A stretch of DNA of 64,000 bases from the human T2T-CHM13v2.0 reference genome, Homo sapiens. The notes under the pieces are model-generated. The model did no database searches, was not told the origin of the DNA, and worked only from the letters and a program-made list of their open reading frames with translations. Below are positions 1 through 13,662 of this stretch, piece after piece. Position 1 is the first letter of the stretch; each line of letters opens with the position of its first letter. The DNA is taken from NCBI RefSeq assembly GCF_009914755.1, contig NC_060925.1. One strand, written 5' to 3'. Position numbers and translations under genes: made by a program.

Positions 1-1762
1 CCTAGGAATACAACTTACAAGGGACACAAAGGACCTCTTCAAAGAGAAGTACAAACCACTGCTAAAGGAAATAAGAGAGGACACTAACAAATGGAAAAGC
101 ATTTCTTGCTCATGGATAGGAAAAATCAATATCGTGAAAATGGCCATACTGCCCAAAGTAATTTATATATTCTATGCTATTCCCATCAATCTATCAGTGG
201 ACTTTCTTCACAGAATTAGAAAAAACTACTTTAAATTTCATATGGAACCAAAAAAGAGCTTGTATAGCCAAGACAATCCTAAGCAAAAAGAACAAAGCTG
301 GCGGCATCACGCTACCTGTCTCCAAACCATACTACAAGGCTACAGTAACCGAAACAGCATAGTACTGGTACCAAAACAGACACATGGACCAATGGAACAG
401 AACAGAGACCTCAGAAATAACACCACACATTTACAACCATCTGATCTTCAACAAACCTGACAAAAAAAGCAATAAGGAAGGGATTCTGTATTTAATAAAT
501 GGTGCTGGGAAAATTGGCTAGTCATATGCAGAAAATTGAAACTGGACCCCTTCCTTACACTTATACAAAAATTAACTCAAGATGGATTAAAGACTTAAAT
601 GTAAAACCCAAAACCATAAAAATCTTAGAAGAAAACGTAGGCAATACCATTCAGGACATAGGCATGGGCAAAGACTTCATGACTAAAACACCAAGAGCAA
701 TTGCAACAAAAGCCAGAACTGACAAATGGTACCTAATCAAATGAAAGAGCTTCTGCACAGCAAAAGGAACTATCATCAGAGTGAACAGACAACCTACAGA
801 AGGGAGGAAAATTTTTACAAGCTACCCATCTGACAAAGGTCTAATATCCAGAATCTACAAAGAACTTAAACAAATTTACAAGAAAAAAACCAACAACCCC
901 ATCAAAAAGTGGGCAAAGGATATGAACAGACACTTCTCAAAAGAAGGCATTAATATGGTCAACAAACATATGAAAAAAAGCTCATTGCCACTCATCATCA
1001 GAGAAATGCAAATCAAAACCACAATGAGATACCATCTCTTGCCAGTTAGAATGGCAATTGTTAAATGGTCAGGAAACAAGAGATGCTGGTGAGGCTGTGG
1101 AGAAATAGGAACACTTTTATACTGTTGGTGGGAGTGTAAATTAGTTTAACCATTGTGGAAGACAGTGTAGTGATTCCTCAAGGATCTAGAACCAGAAATA
1201 CCATTTGACCCAGCCATCCCATTACTGGGTATATACCCAAAGGATTATAAATCATTCTACTATAAAGGCACAAACACACGTGTGTTATTGTGGCACTGTT
1301 CACAATAGCAAAGACTTGCAACCATCCCAGATGCCCATCAATGATAGACTGGATAAAGAAAATGTGGCACATATACACCATGGAATACTATGCAAGCATA
1401 AAAAAGAGTGAGTTCATGTCCTTTGTAGGGACATGGATGAAGCTGGAAGCCATCATTCTCAGCAAACTAACACAGGAACAGAAGGCCAAACACTGCACAT
1501 TCTCACTCATAAGTGGGATTTGGACAATGAGAACACATGGACACAGAGAGGGTAACATCACACACTGGGGCCTATTCGGGGGTGGGGTGCAAGGGGACGG
1601 AGAGCATTAGGACAAATATCTAATGCATGCAGGGCTTAAAACCTAAATGATGGATTGATAGGTGCAGCTAAGCACCATGGCACATGTATACCTATGTAAC
1701 AAACCTGCATGCTCTGCACATGTATTCCAGAACTTAAAGTAAAAAAAAAAAAAAAAAAAAAA
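1..1762 (+). mobile_element. LINE-1 3' portion (older L1PA-type): decayed ORF2 C-terminus, 3' UTR and poly(A) tail
   Basis: ORF fragments such as [21 protein letters not shown] and MNRHFSKE match L1 ORF2. A G-rich 3' UTR follows, then an A-tail at 1741-1761. Multiple stops and frameshifts are present. Confidence 0.95.
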
Positions 1763-3539
1763 GAAGTGAGTCAGACCACACCCAAGGGGAAGAAAATTAT
1801 TTTTTGACTTATTTTTAGAACCACCACAGATGCTGTTGAATAAGGATATGCCTCACATAAGGAACTCTTACAGCTGGAGAAAGGAGAACTGGCTTTGCTT
1901 GTATGGAAATGTTATTACCTCTCAACTGAGAAAATAAGAAGAGGTATGCGGTATTGGCTGGAAAAGAGAACTTGTTACAGTGGTTAGGGCATTATCCTTC
2001 TGATCCTTCTCAAATGCTCAGTCAGGATAACGTGAGAGAAAATATGAAATCTAAAAAGTAGGTTGGAGTTTAAATCAGATAACCAGTTTCTACCAAACTG
2101 AATTGAATAATCTTTGTGAAATTGCTGAACTTTGATCCTCAGAGTCTTCATCTATACAGTGGGAATGAAAACAACATCCATTTAGCAAAGAGTTGTCATG
2201 AAGATTGGGTGAGATCAATTAAAGGCAATATGTACTTTGTGATACATACATGTTATAAAATTATTTTTTATTAGCCATAAAAAGCCTTAATGTTTCAGTA
2301 CCATTTTTTTCCTTTTTATTACTGCCACTAAGGACAACCTCATCTTCTCAAGTTTGAGACAGCATTTCTTTATAGCATTACTATCAGTAATGAGTTTTTC
2401 AAAATCTCACTCTCTGGCTAAGCACGCTATTTTGCTCTAGGTTTGTATACTGACAAGCTTACAAATCACAAGCAGGTAGATAATTAGATCACAGGGTACA
2501 AATGCATGGTTTACCTTTCCATCCTCGTAGTTCCTGCTGTACTGACTAAAGTTCTCCCTCTCTTTCTCTCTATCTTTATTAAAGTGTGTCATCTCTTCCT
2601 AGCTTCCTCTCCTTAAGTGCTCTGTTAACTATTTTTCATCCAGGATGAGCATTCTAAAAAAGGCCTGTATCTAAGGAAATAGAAATTCATGCTGTTTTTC
2701 CATTTCCTGCAATGAAGCAAAACTAACTCAATTCAAGACTCCATAGTGCTTCTAGGTTCTGTCTCCCTTAATTCAGTTAGTCATTTTTCTCTAGTTTATT
2801 TTCTAGACCGTAGTATTTGTTAAATTTGCTTTCCTAAGCAAGAAAAAAAATAGTTGATTTTATAATGATTAAGCCCTTCTCTTCTCTTATGGATCTTAAG
2901 AGGAAATAAGTCAATGATAAGTAATTCCATGATCCTAGTGTTGCAGCTGCAGGTAAACAAACAGTGGAAAACTGGTCCTGCCTTAATTGGCATACAAGAG
3001 CAAACAGGGATTGGAGAAGAAGGCAAGAATACTATAAGGGTCTGGGCCATGTGGTTTGCACACTATTCTATTCCTCAGACTTGGCACTGACCACAAGTGT
3101 TGGTTCATCATTGCCAAGCCAGGAATCAAGATGAGCCATTAAAAGTCTATGTAACTTCAGCCACAACTGTGCCATGGGAGAATCTCAGAATCTGATCAGT
3201 GGTGGGAGAATGGAATACTATCCATTACACTCAATGAGTTAGCTGTGTTTCATTTTCTGTGACTGGTGTTTGCTATTTTATCTGGATAAAATCTTCAAGG
3301 AAGATGGAGCTGGGAGTTGATACAGAACATCTTTAACTTACCCTTCTAACAGGACAAGTGGACCAAAACATGGGTTTTTAACACTGGTATTTTGCTTATA
3401 CGGTCATTGACATAATGCACTCACAGGCACTTTGCAAACTCTAGCATGCTAACTTCACTCTGTTAGGAGACAGCCTAGGGTCCACAGTGAGAGCAAATCC
3501 GAGTTCACTAAATTTTTTCACATTATCTTTTCTCCACAG

Positions 3540-4144
3540 ACATGTGAGGGAAGGCATTTATTTTCCCTCAAGAATCAGCTACAGTCTATGTGTCCCTGAT
3601 CCCCAAGGTGAAGAAGCCCCTGAAGAACTTCAAGCTTTGCCTGAAAACCTTCACAGACTTCACCTGCCCTTATAGCCTCTTCTACAGCACTCGGTCCCAG
3701 GACAATGAGCTGCTTCTCCTTGTCAACAAAATGGGAATGTATCTGCTGCACATTGGAAATGCTGCGGTCACTTTCAATGGCCCCACCCCCTGCCCTCGAT
3801 CTCCTTATGCTTCGACCCATGTCAATGTGAGCTGGGAGTCTGCCTCTGGAATTGCTACACTCTGGGCAAATGGGAAGCTGGTGGGGAGGAAGGGTGTGTG
3901 GAAGGGGTACTCTGTGGGAGAAGAGGCTAAGATCATCCTGGGACAAGAGCAGGATTCCTTTGGGGGACATTTTGATGAAAATCAATCCTTTGTTGGGGTG
4001 ATATGGGATGTGTTTTTGTGGGATCATGTGCTCCCTCCAAAGGAGATGTGTGACTCCTGTTACAGCGGCAGCCTCCTGAATCGGCATACCCTGACTTATG
4101 AAGATAATGGCTATGTGGTAACTAAGCCCAAGGTGTGGGCTTAA
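3540..4144 (+). pseudogene. MPTX1: Mucosal pentraxin pseudogene, main pentraxin-domain exon
   Basis: The acceptor tttctccacag| at 3539/3540 leads into (D)M*GKAFIFPQES...QDNELL...SWESASGI...IILGQEQDSFGG...YVVTKPKVWA*, which is CRP/SAP-like. There is an in-frame TGA at 3545-3547. The residual 137-aa ORF starts at ATG 3731. Confidence 0.9.
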
Positions 4145-5096
4145 GTCTCATTCTCTTCGGTCATGATTTGTGTTTTGTGATAATCACATACTCTTTGAAA
4201 TTAATGCATGGATTTTGTTTTCTTTTTCTGGCTCTGTTACGATAGTATAAACTATATTTTAAAAAGACAAGGGATAAGTAGGATTTCAATATACATTGTT
4301 TATTGTTGCAAAAATTATTTTGGGTGAATTGCACCATAATTTTCTGCAGTGCCAAACTACAGGAACTCAGGGGAACACACTACTTTCAGTACTGGTCACC
4401 AATCTTACAGAGCCCTGTACCACTGTGGGAGGTCCTATGGGGGTTCTGCGCACTCATATTCAGCAATCTATAAAACTGATGTGACTACTGGGAGAGGCTT
4501 TCAGAAGTGGGCTAATATAGTGAGCAGGAGCCCCAAAGAGGGAGTCTCAAAAGGGGTTTTCACAGGAGCAGGGTTGTGAGAGTATTTCCTTGGTACTCAC
4601 TGCAAGCGGACTCAGAGGTCTCCTGGGAAAACACCTAGATAAAGGCAAAGATAAGCTGCCCTGGAGGTTTCTCATTATACCCACTCAGCTTGCTCTCCTG
4701 CAGGTAGTGCTCTGAAGGAGCAAATCTTTTACTGTTTCAGGCAATGTTTCATAAACATGAAGGTTTCCTTTCTTGGGCCTTCCACCTTTAGGGATTCCCA
4801 GATCCTTTATTTTACAGGCACTTTCAATACATTTTCAAAGGGGACACTTGGACAGTTTTGGTAGGTGACAGATACAGATTGATGTTTTTTAACCAGCCCT
4901 TTATGGACCGGAAGGCATATGGCAAGTTCTGTCTTTTTTTCTCCAGGCCGAATAAATCTAAAATCTTAATCCTTTCTCGCAAATCAAAATAACTTTCTCC
5001 TTTAGAAGACAATAAACTCCCAGACTCTTGTTTAGAACTGTATTTAAACTTAGAATTTAAACTAGGTACCCAACTATACACAGAAAATAAATTCAT

Positions 5097-5224
5097 CCAT
5101 GTAGAAATGAAAAGGGTTAAAGGCAAGGCATGGATTGCCTTGTAGCATGGATTTCCACGAAAAGGGTAAAGGCAAGACATGGACTTCCGTGTAGAAATGA
5201 AAAGGGTAAAGGCAAGGCATGGAT
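5097..5224. repeat. Three imperfect copies of a ~27-35 bp unit (gaaaagggt(t)aaaggcaag(g/a)catgga)
   Basis: Copies lie at about 5101-5135, 5159-5185 and 5191-5224. Confidence 0.85.
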
Positions 5225-6073
5225 CAGATTATGTTCTACACAGAGAAGAATGAAAATCATGGGCTAATTTCCAGATCTAAGTCAGCAAGCGTTAGTTGGA
5301 AGGTGATAAAAATAAACTCAATTACAAAAAATCCTCAGATATCAGATATCCCTATATTTGTGAATTCAGTATAGCATGTGTTACTCCCACAGAAAGCATA
5401 CATAAGCACAGTGAAATTCAGAGGTTGGATGTGACCATGTTGCTTACTAACACTGAACATACTGGTAACAGAGTCTCACCGAGGAAATAGTTCTAATGTG
5501 AGCCTCAACAAAATTGGAAAACAATTTCATGGGTCTCCAAGGCAGATGAGAATGTTTAAAGCTTATAATATTTTTTCTGGAATGTCAAGATTTGCTACTC
5601 TTGTCAATGCTTAAAGTAGAAAGTGATGATAAGTGGGAAGGTAGTTTTGACTGTTTTCAAGACACCCTGTACACCAACCATGTCCTCTTTAAAGTTTTAG
5701 AGCTCAATATCTATATGACATTTAGGTTGACCTGTCAACCTAGTACTTCCAATAGGTGTTATGCCACCCACTTTTCTGCTTTCAACAAATGATAACAATC
5801 AGCTACTCCTTGCTTACGATTCCCTACAGCTTTGCCCCTGTGTGAGCAGCAACTGACCACTCCCCTGGTGGTAACCTGTGTGGTTAGTAGAAGGTATAGG
5901 AGAATGATGGTAAAAACAAAGTCAAATCATGGAGACTCTTGGTTCCTTAATGTCGCATTACCACCAAATTTTGCAACTCTCTTTGGTTAGAGGATGAATG
6001 ATAGGATTCAATTTTCTCGAGCTTAAAAAAATACCCAGACTATGACTGACTATATGTCAAACTGATGAAGATT

Positions 6074-7005
6074 CTAGGCAAAAGGTTTTTTGCCAATAGC
6101 ACGGTGAAGGGCATTCTTGACCTCCTTGTTCCTCAAAGTGTACACAACAGGATTAAGTAGTGGAGTAAAGACGGTGTATGTCACTGAAATTAGCTGGTCC
6201 TGATCCCTGGTGTTCTCTGACTTGGGCTTGAGGTAGGCAATGGAGGCACAGCCATAGTGGATGATAACCACAGTGAGGTGGGAGGCACAAGTTGCAAAAG
6301 CCTTTTTCCGGCCCTCAGGAGAGGTGACCTTGAGGATGGTAGAGATGATGAGGATGTAGGAGATGAAGACCAAACCCAGCGGCACCACAATAACCAGGGA
6401 ACTAACAACAAAATTAATTAGGTCATGTAGAGTGGTATCAACACAGGAAAGTTTCATAACTGGGTGGATATCACAGAAATAATGGGCCACCTGTTTATCA
6501 CAAAAAGGCAGCCTGAACACAGATGAAATCTGAACTATGGCCACAAGCAGCCCAACACTGCAGGACCCACATACCAGCTGGACACACACTTTCTTGTTCA
6601 TGATGATCATGTACCTCAAAGGGTTACAGATGGCCACATAGCGATCATACCCCATTGCTGTGAGCAGAAAGCAGTTGTTGATGGCCAAGGTAATAAAAAA
6701 AACATCTGGGTGGCACAGCCACCCAAAGAGATAGGTTGGCTTAGACTTAAGAGACTGGAGAGCATCCGTGGTACAATGACTAATGTGTAGACAGTCTCTG
6801 AAGTGGAAAGCATACTAACAAAGAAGTACATGGGGGTGTGAAGGTGACGATCAATGCTGATAATTGTCACAATTATGACATTGCCAGCCAGGGTTAAAAG
6901 ACACAAGGTAAGAAATACCACAAAGAGGGTAAGCTTGTGTTCATGAAAGCTGGAGAAACCCTGGAAAACAAACTCCCTTATCACTGTGTGGTTCTCTCTC
7001 TTCGT
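6074..7005 (-). pseudogene. OR10J2P: Olfactory receptor family 10J pseudogene
   Basis: OR motifs LHTPMYFF, MGYDRYVAICNPLRY, KAFATCASHL and PLLNPVVYTLRNKEVK are split over two frames. The start codon reads ACG (7005-7003). A T8 run at 6695-6702 shifts the frame. The symbol is assigned from position next to FCER1A. Confidence 0.85.
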
Positions 7006-7207
7006 TGGATAAATAAACAGATTGAAAGTACAGAGACTTAGGTCAATTAGTCAGAAGACATCAGTGCCCAATGCTTTGAGCAGGTGAATCATCTAAGAAG
7101 ATAATAAGGATTCTGTTCGTGGATGGATGCCAAGTTATTGGGGACGACTGTTCACCTATAGATATAGACAGAAAAACACGATAAGAAAACAATTTCATGC
7201 ATGACAA

Positions 7208-7234
7208 TGTGTGTGTGTGTATATATATATATAT
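7208..7234. repeat. Compound (TG)n(TA)n microsatellite
   Basis: tgtgtgtgtgtgtatatatatatatat. Confidence 0.9.
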
Positions 7235-8775
7235 GGGACTAAATAGGGATGAAAAAATGGAAGAAAAGACACCGGGGTAAGTTTGAAAAAGATTTCTTGG
7301 TGACCTAGCACATAAGTGTTAGAGAAAAACTAGGCTAAAGAAATAGGAAATGCATAGTTAAATTTGAAAGGAATTTTCTTTTATATTACAGTTTCAGATT
7401 TTGTTTACCTAAAACAAATTTTTCAACCTCTTCCACTTTGTTTAAACCACAATTTCGATTGTCTCTTTAAAGATCTTTCTTTCTGGGTTGCCAAACAAGA
7501 CAATGCTCTCTGCTCCAACATAACATAAGTGTTTACTTTCTCCCTGTTGCTCCTGTCTGCTTGTTTCACAAACTCTTTTCATAAGTCATCAAACAGCTTC
7601 AAACCTGACTGTCACCCCAGATTTTTTAAAACAAGAGATGTTCCTCTCTTTTTTCAATGCTTGACTTGAGTCTCCTCCTCCTCAGAAAGTCTTCTCAGGA
7701 CTAAATACAACCTGTCAATCCAATTCCCCGTAGTGTTGGTAAGTGTTTCCCAGTAGCTTGGTTCCGGGGACTGTGTTTATTTCTATGCATTTTCTAGCTT
7801 ATACTTAGAGGAGAATTTTCACAGGTACTCTGCCTCACTAGTAGAGTAAACTGTCTTTTACAATTTCTTCAGAATTTTAAACTTTAGGGAACCGAGTTTA
7901 CACATTTCTCCCTCTGTCCCCTATCTGGGGAGTTATTGGGCATCAAAAATCTCTCATTTTCAAAAAAAGTATAACAATAATAAATAGTTCCTATGGCACT
8001 TTTTAGTTTATAGAGTTTTTACGTGTATTATGTAGCATCATAACAATCCTGTGTTTTAGGTAATTATTATCCCTCTCTTGGTAAGACACCCAGGGTTAGA
8101 TGATTGCACAAATTAACTCGATCTTTTAATTCTAAGACTAGTGTGATTTGCCCTATACCGCAAGTGCCTAAGAAGCAACATAATCACAAAATAAATGAGA
8201 AAGAAGATACTTTTTGTTGCTTTTATCAAAAAGAATTAATGCATTTCTTCTTGCTCTTGAGAATGAGATTACATTGGGAAAAAAATGAAAAACTGGAGAA
8301 TCTTAGAATGCTTTCTCTAGATAAATAAATATTATTACATTAGTGACAATCCACGTCCATTCTTCTTGGCTTGATATTTTCGCTTCCAATTATTTATTTT
8401 AAGGAAATAATCAGAGATACATATTAGGATGTATATCTAAAGACATTTTTATATTATTTATTGGTGAAGTCTAGAAACAATGTAAATGAATAAAGGAATA
8501 ATTGAATTAATTATAAAATATCCATCTGATGGGAACTATGCAGCCATTAAGAATCTACAAAGTGCTGACATGAAAAAATACACTATATAAGTAGGTTGAT
8601 TGACTGATTGAGAAATAAATTACAGACTGCAAGTTTGTAAAAATAAAAAGAACCAGAAAAGAGAGGCAAGGAAAAGAAAGGAAAAACATTCAATGACACA
8701 TATGCCATTAAAAAAGTAAATATAACAAAATGCTAAAAATATGTCTTTCAAATAGTGCATGGAGAATCTATCGTT

Positions 8776-8804
8776 TATCATCTATCTATCTATCTATCTA
8801 TCTA
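8776..8804. repeat. (TCTA)n tetranucleotide microsatellite
   Basis: About six consecutive tcta units. Confidence 0.9.
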
Positions 8805-10779
8805 ATATCTTCTCTATTATAAATACTATCATAAATACTTTTAATACATACATACTAATATATTATGAATCTAATATTTAATGAAATATTTAAACATTAA
8901 ATATTAACGCAAAAATTAATAATAAACCATATTGGAAGAAAGTATTAATGCTGACTGTTAATTACTACAGTGGGATGCAAGTACTTGAGTGAAGGCAAAT
9001 TTCAGAGTTTTCTTACTAAAGATTTTGAAGAACCAAAAAATATTAGTTTCAAAATGCTGAGAAAAATATGAAGCAAAATATGTGTTTATTTTCCTTGAAG
9101 ATGTAGGAACGGGCCAGTTCTTAACCATTCCTATGTAACTGATATTCATGGTGTATTACTGAGCAAGATAAACCTCAAATGTCTATGTAACTAGAAAGTC
9201 AATCCTACCTACACTAAGCAGAATGAAAAAAATAAATAGGTGGCAGAAGAGAAAAGATTGCACTAAGTTTGTGCATTCCTGCAATTGCAACTCCTTTCTC
9301 ATCATCCCCTTAGGTAAACAATGACTCACCAAGATAGCAAAGGTCCTCATGAGTGATAACGCTAGATTAGTAGGATCATGATAGCTGAAACAAAATGCCA
9401 ACTTCCTTCTGTGGAATCCTTGTCACTGAGAAAAACGGCATTTTGCAACACTTTCTGTTCCCTTGTATTTTGGATTGTTAGCTAAAAATATCTCTCTACC
9501 CCTAAATTTTTTTTTAAATGTTCTTCTAGAGAAATCATTTTCTGCCTAGACCTGACAATGAATTCTGGGCCAGAGGTTAAAATTATTCATTTCATTGTTC
9601 AAGTCTTTCCAATTGGAAGCAAGCTAGAAAAGCCCAGGTGCTTCATAGTTTTCAGTCCTTTGAATATAACTGAATCATAGGACCTTAGCGTTAGGTGGTA
9701 ATTTTAAAAGCACAGCATTTCTCATGAACAGTCCCTCAAATTCTGCTTCACTGCTTCCAATGATTGGAAATTCATTACCTTGTAAATAAGCATTTCCTCT
9801 TTTTTTTAAAGATACAAACTCTTCTTGAAAAATAAAACCAGGCTTTTTAAATTATAAAAGTGCTCATAGGGGAAAAACCGTGGGTACAGAAGGATATAAA
9901 TGGAAAAGTTCATTTTCTCCTCTACATTTTCTTGGCCAGAGGTAAAGATGATTCATGGGTTTTTGTTGTTAGTATTGCTGTTTATTTCTGTCCAGAAATA
10001 TTTTATGTACAATCATGCATATTTTCACATCATTTCAATTTTACGCAAATGGAATTAGGCAGTACATACCAATTCACAACTAGGGTTTCCCATATATTAT
10101 ATCCTGACTACTTTCCATAATAGTATTGTGATCTATCTCACTCTTTCTATTTCCAATGGTGCACATTATTTCATTATATAGATTAATATAGCTGTACTAT
10201 CATCATTTCTATTTTGATTGACTTTAATTCTTAGAAAATATTAATTCCTATCAACTCAATATTTATTTGCTTGCAACTTACCACCTCCCACATCATTCCA
10301 CTTTCTATTTTCTCTTCAATATGATTACACTTCAAATATTTGAAGATCATTATTACGTCTCTGCTAAATTTCATGTCCTTCAATCCATTACCACAGCAAG
10401 ACAAGCATGAAGAAATGTAATATTAATGGACATGTGATTCAATATAACCAATCAAATACTGAACCATACAGGGAAAATAGTAAGATTTTGAAAAATGCAC
10501 ATGGTGTTTCATTTTCATTTACTTCTGCCAAAAGCACTCGCTGCTTCTGACCTTGGCAATAGGAAGGAGAAGGAAGCACTTTCCAGATAGTGATCTTTAA
10601 AAGGCATGAAAGGACTGAGTCTACTCAGAGAAAGCAGGTGAAAAAACCTTGTATTCAAGAGGCATTTACAACGGAAGCAAAAACACACAAAATGAGAAAA
10701 ATCCAGTTCTCTCTAATATCAAAGAGAGCCTCAAATTGTTGCTATGTTCCTGAGGCTTGGGACATTGGCTCATTTGGCT

Positions 10780-10927
10780 TGAGAAGTGGCCCAGGGAAAA
10801 AAATACAGTCTCTTAAACTGCAGATTTCAAGAGCTGTGTATATTTATTTTCCCCAAGGAGAAGAGAATCCCTCTGCCCCAAGTCTCCTGAGATCATCCTT
10901 TTGAGAATTCCTACATGCTACTAAGAG
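10780..10927 (+). promoter_or_regulatory. FCER1A: FCER1A distal promoter and non-coding exon 1A (3' end at 10927; 5' boundary not determinable)
   Basis: The donor tactaagag|gtaagg is at 10927/10928. The string tactaagag matches the recalled 5' end of the long FCER1A cDNA. It lies 18.4 kb upstream of exon 1, as described for exon 1A. Confidence 0.8.
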
Positions 10928-12051
10928 GTAAGGAAGGTAGAACCTGAAGGCTGGTCTCAAGAATTTCATTAGAAATGTGGGTCGCTGATGAAGGAGATGT
11001 TTTCATTTGCCTACTGACTGTTGGGGATTGTTGGAGTGTAGAAACTAATACTGCATTGAGTTTTAATAAAGTAAACCACGTGAATACTGGGTAAGCATAC
11101 AAAGGGAGGACCTTAAATTTAAGTTTCTCAGTATTGGAGAGCAGCTAGCTTCCTGAAACTTATTTATATAAATAATATCAGGGTAATCAAAAGGTTATAG
11201 GGGCCGGGACATCTGTCATCCCACTTCAGCCTACAGCAAATTTCCTTGAGTCTCACTGACATACATCTCAGCCCTACTTTTCCATTTAGGGAGATCCATC
11301 ACCCACACCACACTGGGAAAGGGGAGAAGACACTGTCAGAGCCCTTCCTTGTGCTCCCTTTGGTTCATTCTCTGATCCTGCTGGAGGGGGAATGAAACAG
11401 CCATGAACTTCCAATAAGTTTAATTTCTGGCTCAGCACATCCTTCTCCATTCATACAGTCTCTGCACCCATGTGAGATGTTTGAGTAACATTTCAGCCAC
11501 TCTGTAAAAGGGGACAAGCCCACAAGGGCCTTCAACCCAAACTAAGAATTTTTAAATTCTGAGTTGGCCCTGTTTTCTCTCTGATTACAAACATAATGCT
11601 TGTTCATTATAGAAAAAACAGAAAAGGAAAAATAATGTAACGTAAATCACTTGTGATTTCCAATTTAGAAATCAACATCATTAACATTTTGATGAATAGG
11701 TTTCTAATCTTTTATGCATTCATATGTGTGCACCTGTCTATATACACATGTATTTATGTTTATGGTAAAAATGGGATGATTATTACTTTTGTAGCCTTTT
11801 TTCTTTTTAATAATATGAGATCATGCTATACAAACTTCCTTATATCCAGTTTACTTTTTCTCTTAGCAATGCATTTTGAAACTTTCGCATATCAATAAAC
11901 ATTTTCCTACATTATAATTTTTAAATAATTGCCTTGACTTTTATTACAGGAATGCTCTTTATAATAATATGGTTTGTTTGGATCAAGATTCAAATGAGCA
12001 CTGCCTATTGCATTTGATTGTAACTCGTTAAAAGTTTTTTTGAGTCTAGAC

Positions 12052-12300
12052 TAGGGTTTCTCAACAGTGGTGCTGTTGACACTTTGAAACTGCTAATTTT
12101 TGTTGTTTGTGTACGTGTGTGGGTGTGAGGTGAGTTAGGAGGGGAGATGGTCTTCTGTGTTACAAGATGTTTAGCAGGATCACTGGCCTCTACCCACCCA
12201 GAGGACAGATGCCAGTAGAATCCTTCTCTCTTTTCCCACTGTATTGGAAAAAATAAAAAATGTCTCTAAACATTACCAAATATTGCCTGGAGGGCAAGGG
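12052..12300 (-). mobile_element. MER20 (hAT-Charlie) DNA transposon
   Basis: agggtttctcaac...gatgtttagcag...ctggcctctacccac...gatgccagtag...aaaaatgtctc matches the reverse complement of the MER20 consensus as recalled. Confidence 0.8.
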
Positions 12301-12638
12301 TATTTCAACATCCCATTGCCCCCATATTTTAAAAAGTCTCATTTACACATTAAAAAGCCAGGTCAAAATCTTACTTTCTAGATGGCATTTACTCATAGTA
12401 TCATTAAATTTGTTATATCTTCTGTACTTTTTATAAATTGGAAATTAGTTTTAAAGGCTTAATTAGATTCAGGTTCAGCTTATTAAATTATATTAGATAT
12501 ATTAAACTGGATATACTATAACCTGTAATATAGTATATTAAACTATGGACTATATTAAACTATATATAAAAACACACATAAAATTTGGTGTATATATCAG
12601 TTTAATATATATATAAATTATAAATTTGATAATCAAGT

Positions 12639-12817
12639 AAAGTTGTCTGATTTAACAAAAATACAGGACATCCAGTTAAATTTTAATTTTAAATAAATAG
12701 CATAATTTTTAGGATAAGTATGTTACAAATATTGCATGGAATATACAAAATAAATTATTTATTGTTTTTTGAAATTCAAATTCAGTGCAGCATTCTGTAT
12801 TTTATCTGGGAACTCTA
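12639..12817. mobile_element. MER53 palindromic MITE
   Basis: The arms aaaatacaggacatccagttaaatttt and aaattcaaattcagtgcagcattctgtattttatctgg are inverted around a central caaatattg. Confidence 0.8.
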
Positions 12818-12908
12818 ATCAGGAGACACATACTGTTTTGTTGTCTTACTCTAAGCAAAGCTGATTTCAAAATACTATATTGTACCTCATAAATACAAAC
12901 AATTATTA

Positions 12909-13286
<378 letters not shown>

Positions 13287-13345
13287 TCAGGTGGCAACAG
13301 CTTGCTCCTCCATTCAAATGGATCCCATCAACCTTTATCATTTAA

Positions 13346-13662
<317 letters not shown>

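Noticed and set aside
1763-3539. MPTX1 signal-peptide exon
   Set aside because: I found no convincing ATG, hydrophobic stretch and phase-1 donor. The exon may be lost or lie outside the window.
3575-4087. 170-aa antisense ORF
   Set aside because: It is a shadow frame opposite the MPTX1 exon, with no recognisable domain.
4400-4800. Possible LTR-like segment after MPTX1
   Set aside because: The composition suggests an old LTR, but I could not identify termini or family with confidence.
5097-5224. CRISPR-like repeat-spacer appearance
   Set aside because: There are only three degenerate copies with irregular, self-derived linkers, in a mammalian context with no cas genes.
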